Of a stretch of DNA of 64,000 bases, positions 9,597 to 18,476 are shown one piece after another. The stretch lies in the NCBI GenBank assembly GCA_021786355.1, contig JAJYNK010000009.1:517-64516 (forward strand), in the 5' to 3' direction. Each line of letters opens with the position of its first letter. The first letter of the stretch is position 1. This DNA is from a bacterium. GTDB lineage: Bacteria > Patescibacteriota > Minisyncoccia > UBA6257 > UBA9933. The translations under genes and the position numbers were made by a program. Under the pieces are notes generated by a model. The model saw nothing but the letters and a program-made list of their open reading frames with translations. It did not search any database and had not been told where the DNA came from.

Positions 9597-9625
9597 TGGC
9601 CGGAGCCTTGCTCCGGCCATTTTTT
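9597..9625 (+). terminator. Intrinsic terminator
   Basis: TGGCCGGAGC...GCTCCGGCCA followed by a T-run. Confidence 0.75.
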
Positions 9626-9710
9626 ATTATTCATAAGTTTTTATAAATAAATCGTTGACAATTAATCTCTTATATAATAAGATGACGAACATAAACAAAT
9701 TTTAATTTAC

Positions 9711-9965
9711 ATGCCAAGAACAAAATCAGCAAAAAAAGCTTTAAGACAAAGCGAGCGGAAAAGAAAAATAAACGCGAAAAGAAAACTTGATTTGAGAAAA
9801 GTTCTCAAGGAATATAAAAATCTCCTTGAAACCAAGGACAAAGAAAAAGCGAAGGAACAGTTGAAAACCGTTTATAAAAAATTGGACAAGGCCGCGAAAG
9901 TTAAAATAATAGCAAAAAACAGAGCGGCCCGGCTCAAATCCCGCTTAACTAAAAAACTCGCCTAA
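9711..9965 (+). CDS. rpsT: 30S ribosomal protein S20
   Basis: KSAKKALRQ...LDKAAK...KNRAARLKSRL. Confidence 0.97.
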   Translation: MPRTKSAKKALRQSERKRKINAKRKLDLRKVLKEYKNLLETKDKEKAKEQLKTVYKKLDKAAKVKIIAKNRAARLKSRLTKKLA

Positions 9966-9982
9966 AGGCGAGTTTTTTAGTT
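9947..9982. terminator. Bidirectional terminator (rpsT/pnp)
   Basis: AACTAAAAAACTCGCC-taaa-GGCGAGTTTTTTAGTT. Confidence 0.8.
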
Positions 9983-10029
9983 ATTCAACCGAATTAGTTT
10001 TCTATTTTTATTCTGACTTTTTTTGGTTT

Positions 10030-12180
10030 TTATTGCATTAGGGCTTTTATCGAAAGTCCGATTTTTCCGTTTTCAACTTTTATAATTTTTGCTTTTACAA
10101 TATCGCCTAATTTAAGGACTTCGTTAATATCTTTTACGAATCCGCTTTTTACTTCTGAAATGTGGATCATTCCGTCGTTACCGCCGCCCAAATCGACAAT
10201 GGCGCCGAATTCCAAAAGCTTGATAATTTTACCCTCAATAATTTCTCCGACTTCAAATTCTTTTGTTAAGGACTGGATGTACTGAATCGCCGCTTGAGCT
10301 TGTTCTGGGGTAGTTGCGGAAACAAATACTTTTCCGGTTTGTTCGATGTCTATTGTCGTAACGCCGGTGTCTTTAATTATCATATTAATAATTTTGCCGC
10401 CCGGACCGATAACCTCGCCGATTCTTTCGGGATTTATATCAAGGGTTAAAATAATCGGCGCAAATTCGGATAATTTCTCGCGCGGTTTATCGATAACTTT
10501 TTTCATAACTTCCAGAATTTCCAGCCGGGCTTTTTTAGCTTGAGCCAGCACGTCTTTTAAAATATCCGCCGTAACTCCTTCAATTTTCACGTCCATTTGC
10601 ATGGCGGTAATTCCGTCTGTCGTACCCGCAACCTTACAATCCATATCTCCGTAGTGATCTTCCGGCCCTTGAATGTCGGTTAAAACCTTGTATTTCTGTT
10701 TGTCGTTTGTAGTTTGTGGTTTCTCTGTGATTATACCCATTGCAATGCCTGCCACCGGCTTTTTAATAGGAACGCCCGCGTCCATCAAAGACAATATCGA
10801 AGCGCAGACAGTTGCCATAGAAGACGACCCGTTCGAAGACAAAATTTCTGAAACAACGCGGATAGTATAAGGAAATTCCTCTTTTGAAGGGATTATTGAC
10901 CTTATGGCTTTTTCCGCCAAAGCGCCGTGGCCGATTTCTCTGCGGCCGGGAGCGCCCATTCTGCCTATTTCGCCGACCGAATAGGGGGGGAAATTGTAAT
11001 GGAGCATAAATCTGCGTTTCCCTGAAACCTCCATTGTTTCTATCATTTGTTCCTGTCCTGGAGCGGCTAAAGTTGTAACTGCCAACGATTGAGTACTGCC
11101 CCTAAAAAATAACGCTGAACCGTGAAGCCGCTTGAACAAACCGACTTGGCCAAAAAGCGTCCTGACTTCGTCGAGTTTTCGAGAGTCGGGCCTCAAATCT
11201 TTTTCCAAAACATTTTTATGGATAAGCGCGTCGATTTCTTCTTCAATAATAGAGTCTATTCCGTCAGGAATCAGCCCCTCGGAAACCAAATATTCTTTCA
11301 AATCTTCTTTTAGTTTTCGTAAATTGTCGTTCTGCTCGGCTTTGTCGGAAACATAAACCGCGGCTTCCAATTTGGTTTTTCCCGACGCTTCGGTCGGGAC
11401 TCCGACTGTTTCACGTCGGAGCAAAAATTCCTGAACTTTATGCTTCAGATTCGGGTCCGGCTCCGTCAAAAGCACCTCGGATTTTGGTTTGCCGATTTTG
11501 GAAATTATTTCTTTTTGGAATTTAATAAGTTTTTTTATTTCTTCCTGGGCTGTTTCAAACGAGCCGATGGCTTCTTTTTCGGAAACTTCGTTTGCCGCCA
11601 GCTCTATCATATTTATTTTACTTTCATTTCCGGCGACAAAGGATTCGAATAAAAATTCCCCGCCGTTAATTTCCGTCTTGGTCGGGTTAATCATTAAATT
11701 TCCGTCTTTCATTTTTGCCAACCTAACGCCCGCGACCGGCCCGTTCCACGGAATATCGGAAATTGCCAAAGCAACAGAAGCGGAAAGAAGGGAAATAAAA
11801 TCCGGATCGTTTTCTTCGTCGTAAGAAAGAATGGTGATAACAATTTGAACATCGCGCCTCATTCGCGAATTAAAAAAAGGCCTTAGCACTCTATCTATCA
11901 TCCGGCCGGAAAGAATGGCTTCTTCTGAAGGCCGGCCTTCGCGCCGGATAAAACGGCTGCCGATAATTTTACCGGCGGCGTAAAATTTTTCTTCGTAATC
12001 AACTACTAATGGAAAATAATCCGTGGCGCGGTCATTTTTCCCCATCGTGGCGGTTACCAAAACCACAGTGTCGCCATACTGGCCTAAAACAGCCGAGTTG
12101 GCTTGCTCGGCTATTTTTGAAACTTTTAGACTAAGGGGCTTACCCTGAAAATCAATTGAAAATTCTTTGAATTCAAGCAT
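10030..12180 (-). CDS. pnp: Polyribonucleotide nucleotidyltransferase
   Basis: RREGRPS, HYNFPPYSVGE, RREIGHG, SNGSSSM, DMD.KVAGT; KH and S1 domains. Confidence 0.98.
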   Translation of the reverse strand: MLEFKEFSIDFQGKPLSLKVSKIAEQANSAVLGQYGDTVVLVTATMGKNDRATDYFPLVVDYEEKFYAAGKIIGSRFIRREGRPSEEAILSGRMIDRVLRPFFNSRMRRDVQIVITILSYDEENDPDFISLLSASVALAISDIPWNGPVAGVRLAKMKDGNLMINPTKTEINGGEFLFESFVAGNESKINMIELAANEVSEKEAIGSFETAQEEIKKLIKFQKEIISKIGKPKSEVLLTEPDPNLKHKVQEFLLRRETVGVPTEASGKTKLEAAVYVSDKAEQNDNLRKLKEDLKEYLVSEGLIPDGIDSIIEEEIDALIHKNVLEKDLRPDSRKLDEVRTLFGQVGLFKRLHGSALFFRGSTQSLAVTTLAAPGQEQMIETMEVSGKRRFMLHYNFPPYSVGEIGRMGAPGRREIGHGALAEKAIRSIIPSKEEFPYTIRVVSEILSSNGSSSMATVCASILSLMDAGVPIKKPVAGIAMGIITEKPQTTNDKQKYKVLTDIQGPEDHYGDMDCKVAGTTDGITAMQMDVKIEGVTADILKDVLAQAKKARLEILEVMKKVIDKPREKLSEFAPIILTLDINPERIGEVIGPGGKIINMIIKDTGVTTIDIEQTGKVFVSATTPEQAQAAIQYIQSLTKEFEVGEIIEGKIIKLLEFGAIVDLGGGNDGMIHISEVKSGFVKDINEVLKLGDIVKAKIIKVENGKIGLSIKALMQ

Positions 12181-12181
12181 T

Positions 12182-12697
12182 TTATTTTTTTATCATTATT
12201 CTGGGATTTTTTTCTAAATTAATAAAAAGATCGGCCGCTTCTTTTAATTTCGATGAAGTATTATAACTGAAAGCGGCAACTTCAACAATCCTGCCCATAC
12301 CCCATTGGATATATTCAACAAGCGGTTCGAAATCGCCGTCGCCGGTAACTAAAATTATGACATCCAAAAATCCCGACATTCTTAAAGCGTCAACGGCCAT
12401 TCCAACGTCCCAATTGGCTTTTTTAACGCCGCCCGGAAAAACTTGGATATCCTTCATCCTTAATTCAACGCCGGCTTTCTCTAGGGCCTCAAAAAAGGAC
12501 GCCTCGCCCGTAGGCGCGGACTTATCGGACGTTTCGCTTTTAACGACATAGCCCAAAGCTCTGATAAGCTGGCGACCGTCAACGAGCGTTTTAATAAGCT
12601 CCCGATAATTTACCTTGCCGCCGTAAAGATGCTTGGCTGAATGATAAAGATTTTGGACATCTATAAAAATGCCCACTCTTTGATTTTTATTTCTCAT
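12182..12697 (-). CDS. NYN domain (LabA/DUF88) protein
   Basis: FIDVQNLY, K..WDV.MAVD, LVTGDGDF.PL. Confidence 0.9.
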   Translation of the reverse strand: MRNKNQRVGIFIDVQNLYHSAKHLYGGKVNYRELIKTLVDGRQLIRALGYVVKSETSDKSAPTGEASFFEALEKAGVELRMKDIQVFPGGVKKANWDVGMAVDALRMSGFLDVIILVTGDGDFEPLVEYIQWGMGRIVEVAAFSYNTSSKLKEAADLFINLEKNPRIMIKK

Positions 12698-12833
12698 GTG
12701 CCGGTTTTATTTAAATTTTACAAGTGGAGCGAAGTTAAATTTAACTTTAAAACCGAACACCCCGCCGCGGCGGGGCAAGGGTTTTGTGTCTGAATTTTGT
12801 TCGCTCGCTCTCCAAAATTCAGACAAAGCCCTT
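12698..12833. repeat. Intergenic hairpin cluster
   Basis: AAGGG...TGTCTGAATTTTG/CAAAATTCAGACA...CCCTT, CCCCGCCGCGGCGGGG and GTG..GGTTTTA/TAAAACC..CAC stems. Confidence 0.6.
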
Positions 12834-13099
12834 TATTTTTTAAGTCCGAGTTTTTTAACAATCTTGTCGTAAGAAGATTTCCTTTTGGTTAAAAGATAGT
12901 CAAGAAATCTTTTTCTCTTGCCAACCATTTGAAGCAATCCCCTTCTGGAAGAATGATCTTTTGGATTTTTTTTAAGATGGCCGGAGAGCTCGTTAATTTG
13001 CTTGGTTAAAAAAGCAACCTGGACCTCCACGGACCCGCTGTCTTTTTCGTGAATAGCGTGATCTTTGATCAAACTTTTCTTTTGAGTTTTAGTTAACAT
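12833..13099 (-). CDS. rpsO: 30S ribosomal protein S15
   Basis: [12 protein letters not shown]...[11 protein letters not shown]. Confidence 0.97.
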   Translation of the reverse strand: MLTKTQKKSLIKDHAIHEKDSGSVEVQVAFLTKQINELSGHLKKNPKDHSSRRGLLQMVGKRKRFLDYLLTKRKSSYDKIVKKLGLKK

Positions 13100-13271
13100 G
13101 ATTTTTAAAGGGTATCATTTAAAGCCTTGATTGTCAATTCTTAAATTTATTTTACGACAAATTAATGATATAATCAGTTAATTGGCTAAATAGAAAATTT
13201 GTTAATTATTAAGAACTATTTATTTGTTCAGCAAATTAACTAATCAACTAATTAACCAGACTGCAACACGC

Positions 13272-14186
13272 ATGGCTGATATAAATAAACTACTTAAAAA
13301 CTATCTCGACTATCTTGAGATAGAGAAAGGCAGAACCAAAGAAACGCGGGAGAATTACGAACATTACTTAAAAACGTTTTTTGAATTTGCCAGAATAAAA
13401 TCCGAAAGCGATATCAACGCTGACAACGTAAGAGATTTTAGAATCTATCTGGCGCGGCTCCATAATCTTCGAGATGGTGAAAATTTTAAGCGCACAACTC
13501 AAAGCTATTATATAATAGCGCTTAGAAACTTTTTGAAATTTTTGGCGAAAAACGACTATAAAGTTTTGGCTTCGGAAAAAATCGAGCTTCCCAGGATCCC
13601 AAAACAACAAATAGACATAATGGAATACTCGGATTTGGAGCGGCTTATGGCGGCGCCCAAAACAACCGATTTAAAAGGGCTGCGCGACAAGGCGATTTTG
13701 GAAGTTTTGTTTTCAACCGGACTTCGAGTGTCGGAATTGTGCGCTTTAAACCGATATTTTGACTTGAATAGGGGAGAAATTTCCGTACGCGGTAAAGGCG
13801 GGAAAATACGAGTGGTATTTTTAGCCGACTCCGCTAAAAAAGCCATTAAAAATTATCTGGATAAACGAACCGACGCCGAAGAAGCTTTATTTGTGAGCTT
13901 AACCAAAGCAAAAAATCCAAAAGTGCTTGGAAGAATTATTCCTCGCACAGTCCAACGCTTGATAGATTTTTATGGAAGAAAGGCAGGCATCTCACAAAAA
14001 ATCCATCCGCATTTAATCCGACACAGCTTTGCCACTGATTTATTAATAGGCGGAGCGGATTTAAGGTCAGTACAGGAACTTTTAGGCCACAGCAATATCT
14101 CCACAACCCAGATTTATACGCACTTGACCAATAAAGAGCTTAAAGAAATACATAAAACTTTTCACGGGAGACGCAGGAGCGAGTAG
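13272..14186 (+). CDS. Xer-family tyrosine recombinase
   Basis: GLRVSEL, GKGGK, HLIRHSFAT, LLGH...TTQIY; likely start is the ATG at 13272. Confidence 0.93.
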   Translation: MADINKLLKNYLDYLEIEKGRTKETRENYEHYLKTFFEFARIKSESDINADNVRDFRIYLARLHNLRDGENFKRTTQSYYIIALRNFLKFLAKNDYKVLASEKIELPRIPKQQIDIMEYSDLERLMAAPKTTDLKGLRDKAILEVLFSTGLRVSELCALNRYFDLNRGEISVRGKGGKIRVVFLADSAKKAIKNYLDKRTDAEEALFVSLTKAKNPKVLGRIIPRTVQRLIDFYGRKAGISQKIHPHLIRHSFATDLLIGGADLRSVQELLGHSNISTTQIYTHLTNKELKEIHKTFHGRRRSE

Positions 14187-14239
14187 AAGCAACCACCAAC
14201 TAATAAGATTTAGGACATAAATAAAAAACGTAGAAGTGT

Positions 14240-14263
14240 CGTTGTATAGTATACTATACAACG
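14240..14263. repeat. TATAGTATACTATA palindrome, copy 1
   Basis: 24-bp perfect palindrome. Confidence 0.9.
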
Positions 14264-14303
14264 CAAGAGGAAACGTACTTTAGTGATTAAATAAGTTTTT
14301 TGT

Positions 14304-14503
14304 TTTGTGTCCTCGGTGGGAGTCCTCTTCCCCCGTAATTTTTCGTTCATAAATAAACATGAAAAATTACTCCTCCAGAGCCGGGGTTTTAAAAAAGCAA
14401 AGCAGTTTGCTTTTTTAAATACCCTTCTCCTCCCTTGTGATGTAAAAACTATAAATCCCTTTGAAATCAAAGGGATTTATAGTTTGTGTCCTCGGTGGGA
14501 GTC
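14304..14503 (-). repeat. 21-bp duplication of the tRNA-Leu 3' end enclosing a structured insert
   Basis: TTTGTGTCCTCGGTGGGAGTC at 14304-14324 and 14483-14503. Confidence 0.85.
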
Positions 14504-14568
14504 GAACCCACAACCCTTACGGGATAGCGTCCTAAGCGCTACGCGTATTCCATTTCCGCCACGAGGAC
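14487..14568 (-). tRNA. tRNA-Leu(UAG)
   Basis: GTCCTCG/CGAGGAC acceptor stem, TAGCG-CTTAGGA-CGCTA, long variable arm. Confidence 0.95.
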
Positions 14569-14629
14569 ATATTAAACAAATAAATTATACATTATTAAAG
14601 TGTGCTTTTTAATAAACCCCCTTATTTTA

Positions 14630-14708
14630 CCCCGTAGTGAATTTTGACTTTATTAATTTTATAAATTAATGTCGCCTTTGGCGACTACAGTCAAAATCTA
14701 CTATAGTG
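14630..14708 (+). mobile_element. Inverted-repeat element (TAGTGA/CTACTA type)
   Basis: TAGTGAATTTTGACT...AGTCAAAATCTACTA; flanks TTTA/TTGA; abuts TTGACT-17 bp-TATTAT. Confidence 0.7.
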
Positions 14709-14830
14709 TTGACTTTTAAATAATTTTATTGTATTATATCTCAATATTTTGGATTAGACAATCCCACACATAAATACTGTGTATGGGACAAACTATCCCA
14801 AAATTTGCTCTTATAAATAGTTTACGTCAA

Positions 14831-14909
14831 CCCGGTAGTGAAGCTTCGGCCGAAATAAATTTTATCCTCCGACGTAACGTCGGAGGAAAGCCGAAGTTCT
14901 ACTACGGGG
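14831..14909 (+). mobile_element. Inverted-repeat element (TAGTGA/CTACTA type)
   Basis: CCCGGTAGTGAAGCTTCGGC...GCCGAAGTTCTACTACGGGG; TCAA on both flanks. Confidence 0.8.
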
Positions 14910-14952
14910 TCAATAATTCTGATATCTTAATCCTGAAAGGGGGACGACAACC

Positions 14953-15669
14953 ATGGCAGAAGAAAAGAAAGCTGATTTCAGCGCCGGAGAAGTTGGAAAA
15001 GAGCTCGGGATAACGGCAGGAGGTATTGCTGTTTTTGAACTCCTCAGAAAAGCCTGGGGGCTTATGAAGGTGGGGTCAAGAACCGCTGCCGCTGAAGTCA
15101 TTCGCGAAGTCGGGAGCAAGGCGGCCGCGGAAACGGCCAAAAAAGTGCAGGCGAAGATGAGCGATCATTACCGCGCCAAACTTCTTGTTTTTCTACAGAA
15201 GATGGAGTCTTCAACGGAACCGAGGCAGCAGAGCGCGGCAAAAACCATCAGAAAGAGGCAAGAGGACCGACAGTTTTGCCGGCCCCGGTCTTATTCTGAC
15301 GGCGGAAATTATCGACCCGGCGAAGAAAACCTTCTCGTGAATTGCCTCGGAAAAGTTCTAATACTCAAAGAACCTGAGAAAGAAGTAGCGGCAGAGGCGG
15401 CGGCGACAGAAAAAGAAACCATCAATTTCTTCGTCTGGCTCGGCGAACTCCCGCCTCAAGAATTCGACAGCGCGATTGAGTTTCTCAACCATGACATAGT
15501 TATGCAGTGGTTAAGAATGCTCGGCATTCGTTTCAACGAAATATTCGGTATCGTCGGTTCAGAACTACGTCCTTTCAACGATAAATGGGTTAAGTGGCTC
15601 AACAATCGCCGCACAGCACGCGGTCGGAGGACTGTAGAATATCAAAAGGAGGGCCCTCCTCATGCGTGA
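14953..15669 (+). CDS. Hypothetical protein
   Basis: 238-aa ORF with SD AAGGGGG. Confidence 0.7.
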   Translation: MAEEKKADFSAGEVGKELGITAGGIAVFELLRKAWGLMKVGSRTAAAEVIREVGSKAAAETAKKVQAKMSDHYRAKLLVFLQKMESSTEPRQQSAAKTIRKRQEDRQFCRPRSYSDGGNYRPGEENLLVNCLGKVLILKEPEKEVAAEAAATEKETINFFVWLGELPPQEFDSAIEFLNHDIVMQWLRMLGIRFNEIFGIVGSELRPFNDKWVKWLNNRRTARGRRTVEYQKEGPPHA

Positions 15670-16612
15670 AACTCTTAGTGAAATACTCCTAACGCTGCGG
15701 CTCATTCTCGACACAGTCATCACCGGCGCCGCGGACGCCGCCGAGGTCCTTGCCTTTGTCAGGGGCGAAAACAGAACCGATCTTGAAATATATCGGATCG
15801 GACTTTCACGGCTCGCGATTGCAGCGGCGCTTCTGCCTATACCAATCCTGCTTCTGGGAATTTTCGGATTCTCGATGTGGATTTCAATTGCGGGACTTAT
15901 TTGGGCGTTCTTCACGATCTTACTCTCTTTGCTGGCCGCGCCGATTGCGTTGATAATCGACGCGGTCTGGCACAGAACAACAGTAGGACTTGGAGAACGT
16001 TATGTTCGATTAACGCTACATGTTATTTTCGCCGAGTTATCGTTCGCAATAATGCTTATAGTCATTCCTATCGAGAAAAGACCTGAGTTGATCCCGTTGC
16101 TACTGCTCTTGGCCCTTATCATTTTTATTGGGACTCGTCTTTTTGGGGGCGCTTTCATCTTTAACGGAAGGGCAATAACGGTTGTTGCATCAATGATTTT
16201 CATCGCAATCGTCATTTCGTTGTTTCTCCCCCGCACAACGGCTCTCGCGAGAACCGCGGCGAGAGGAATCGATAATAATGTCGTTGCAGTATTTTCCTTA
16301 AATTCTCCTACGAAACCAACGGAAATAGGAACCAACCAGAAAATCCTCGTTGGGATGGAATTCCCGATCAAGCCAGGGGAGGATAATTATCTCTTCGCAA
16401 CTTCGGTCAAGGGAAAACGAACCGAGTACAAGTTGGAGGCCAACCAGCCCATCATCATTCGCTCAGCCCAACCCGACGGTTCTTTAAGGGATTTTCGACT
16501 GGGACCCGGAAGGTTTGGCTGGGAGGTTTTAAGAGATCAACAGGCTGGGCAGCTTCGGGTGCGAAGCGAACAGCCTGCGGTTCTCCGAATTATTGACGTG
16601 AACGAAAGTTGA
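15662..16612 (+). CDS. Hypothetical multi-pass membrane protein with C-terminal soluble domain
   Basis: About 6 hydrophobic helices; SD AAGGAGG; overlaps the upstream gene. Confidence 0.75.
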   Translation: MRETLSEILLTLRLILDTVITGAADAAEVLAFVRGENRTDLEIYRIGLSRLAIAAALLPIPILLLGIFGFSMWISIAGLIWAFFTILLSLLAAPIALIIDAVWHRTTVGLGERYVRLTLHVIFAELSFAIMLIVIPIEKRPELIPLLLLLALIIFIGTRLFGGAFIFNGRAITVVASMIFIAIVISLFLPRTTALARTAARGIDNNVVAVFSLNSPTKPTEIGTNQKILVGMEFPIKPGEDNYLFATSVKGKRTEYKLEANQPIIIRSAQPDGSLRDFRLGPGRFGWEVLRDQQAGQLRVRSEQPAVLRIIDVNES

Positions 16613-16618
16613 TCTTTG

Positions 16619-16785
16619 CCCCGTTAGAGAAAAGTCGCCGCGAGCGACTGAAGTCGTGCTCTTAGCACGGCGTTCTCTAATGGGGTTTGCCCCGTTAGAA
16701 GTAGGACGCGTACGATGCGTCCGCGACTTCTAACGGTGTTTGCCCCACTTGTACTTCAGCGCAAGAGCGCTGAAGTACAAGTGGG
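16619..16785. mobile_element. Tandem of three CCCC-hairpin elements separated by TTTG
   Basis: Units at 16619-16685, 16690-16738 and 16743-16785; the last is a long perfect hairpin followed by a T-run. Confidence 0.8.
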
Positions 16786-16888
16786 ATTTTTTTATTTATT
16801 ACAGTTTCATACGAATTATAAATACACACGGATTGGTGCGTATAAAAAAATAAAATAGTTTGCAAAATTAATTCGGAAATAAATTTTT

Positions 16889-16912
16889 AGTGGTATAGTA
16901 TACTATACCACT
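16889..16912. repeat. TATAGTATACTATA palindrome, copy 2
   Basis: 24-bp perfect palindrome. Confidence 0.9.
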
Positions 16913-17029
16913 TAACCGTTTTATATCGCATATAAAAATTATTTATTGTAAGAATATTGATTATAGGAAAAATAATAAAAAACACCCCAGTAAATCGGAG
17001 TGTTTTTTTAAATCACTAAATAAATAAAT

Positions 17030-17413
17030 TTATAAGTTTCCGGCAATTCCTCTTATTGCTGCGACTAGCCCTTTAGCAAGCAAGCCAACCGCGACAGATA
17101 CAAGAGCCCAGAGTATATGATTTCTTGCCGCTTTGGTTTTTGCTTCATCTCCGCCGGAAGTTAAAAACTGAAACGCTCCCCAAACAATAAAAACAACCGC
17201 CAAGGCAATTAATAATCCCAATAAATAATTAGCCACTGTATCTAGCGTATCGTACACATTAGAAAGGCCGGTTATGGGGATATTTCCGGGTTGTCCTTGG
17301 CCTGGCGGAGTAAATATCGCGGCAAACGAAAATACCGGCAACGCGAGCGATAAAATCGCTCCTGAATAAATAATACTTTGTAAAACTTTTTTCATTTTTT
17401 TGTATCGTATCAA
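17030..17413 (-). CDS. TrbC/VirB2-like pilin
   Basis: Signal-like N-terminus; two helices joined by GAFQFLTSGGDE.K..AR..I.WAL. Confidence 0.8.
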   Translation of the reverse strand: MIRYKKMKKVLQSIIYSGAILSLALPVFSFAAIFTPPGQGQPGNIPITGLSNVYDTLDTVANYLLGLLIALAVVFIVWGAFQFLTSGGDEAKTKAARNHILWALVSVAVGLLAKGLVAAIRGIAGNL

Positions 17414-17442
17414 TTCGACCTCGACCTTTTTCTTTATATTTA

Positions 17443-17853
17443 TTATAACGTTTGTATTATTCCGTACAACGCGCCGATGATTCCTCGCGCGAGTAAAATT
17501 ACTAATAATCCGATTGCGGCGTATAAAACTGTTTTTTGGCCTTCCTGGAATTTTTTAGGGTCGCCTGACGCGGTCATCATTTTCCAAGCGCCGTAGATAA
17601 CTATTATCACAGCCACAGAAACCGAAACGCCGATAAAATAATCGATTATTTTGGAAAGGACGCTATCAAGAGTCGAGCCGGATCCAAAATAATTAAAAAG
17701 CTGGCCGCTCCCGCCGCTAGCAGAAGGACTTGCTCCAGTTGGCTGACCGCCGCTTGTTGTCGGCTGACCTCCGCTTGTTTCGGCTAATTGATAAAAAGCA
17801 AACAAAGGCGCGACTTTAAGCCAATTCAAAATTTTTTTAATGTTTTTTCTCAT
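17443..17853 (-). CDS. TrbC/VirB2-like pilin
   Basis: IIYGA.KMMTASGDP.K...G...V.YAAIGL; duplicated SGGQP. Confidence 0.8.
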   Translation of the reverse strand: MRKNIKKILNWLKVAPLFAFYQLAETSGGQPTTSGGQPTGASPSASGGSGQLFNYFGSGSTLDSVLSKIIDYFIGVSVSVAVIIVIYGAWKMMTASGDPKKFQEGQKTVLYAAIGLLVILLARGIIGALYGIIQTL

Positions 17854-17994
17854 CCCAGTACTACAACTTCGATTATTTTTGTGTTAATTCTCGAGGTTGT
17901 GATTTATTGATTATTCTTATTTTTATTACCCAATATCAACTTAATTCAGGTTCTCAAAAATTTATAGAGAATGTATCGAAGTTGTAGTACTGGG
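17854..17994. mobile_element. Inverted-repeat element inserted at the pilin start codon
   Basis: 20-bp perfect inverted repeat CCCAGTACTACAACTTCGAT; ATG (minus strand) on both sides. Confidence 0.8.
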
Positions 17995-18026
17995 CATTTT
18001 TAAAATTATAAAAAATTTTTAACTGC

Positions 18027-18377
18027 TTAGCAAGGAAATTTATTCCATGGACCTAAACTGCCGCCGACAAGAACTTTCAAAACCAAATCAACTATGAACC
18101 CGGCTAAAAGAAGAATGGCTATGCCGATTAAGATAGTTCTTATTTTTCCAACCGCTTCTTTGTACTTTCCGGGATCTCCGGCAGAAGTCATTATTTTAAA
18201 CCCCGCCCAAACCAAAGCGCCGAGCGCCAAAACAAACGCGAAAACAATGACAAAATTATAAATATTTTGAGCTAACTGGAATAAATCGCAAATAGTACAT
18301 TCGAGCTTAGCCGTTCCCGGACCGCACTGAACTAAAGGGGTCAAAGCCGCATTGGCAATATTAACTAAATTAATCAT
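18027..18377 (-). CDS. TrbC/VirB2-like pilin with Cys-rich N-terminus
   Basis: LVQCG...CTICDL; WAGF.IMTSAGDP.K...A...I...LIG. Confidence 0.8.
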   Translation of the reverse strand: MINLVNIANAALTPLVQCGPGTAKLECTICDLFQLAQNIYNFVIVFAFVLALGALVWAGFKIMTSAGDPGKYKEAVGKIRTILIGIAILLLAGFIVDLVLKVLVGGSLGPWNKFPC

Positions 18378-18388
18378 GGTTTTTCGTT

Positions 18389-18442
18389 GTCATCCCGAGC
18401 GTGGCGAGGGATCTCGAGATTCTTCGCTTCGCTCTGAATGAC
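18389..18442. repeat. GTCAT...ATGAC palindromic element, copy 1
   Basis: GTCATCCCGAG...GAGGGATCT...GATTCTTCGCT.CGCTC.GAATGAC; homologous to 33201-33262. Confidence 0.8.
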
Positions 18443-18476
18443 TCTTTGTTGTTGGTTGTAGGTTGTTAGTTATTGG

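Noticed and set aside
14210-14612. ORFs 14210-14470 and 14307-14612
   Set aside because: They overlap the tRNA-Leu and its structured trailer and have no recognisable protein features.
13224-16612. Prophage or integrative island driven by the tyrosine recombinase at tRNA-Leu
   Set aside because: The protein resembles a housekeeping Xer, lies outside the 21-bp direct repeats, and no phage or conjugation genes are present.
16615-16792. CRISPR array
   Set aside because: The shared part is only TTTGCCCC, each unit is itself a hairpin, lengths vary and no cas genes are present.
17030-18377. Conjugative type IV secretion locus
   Set aside because: Only pilin-like genes are present, with no VirB4, VirD4 or relaxase in the window; such pilin clusters are usual in CPR genomes.
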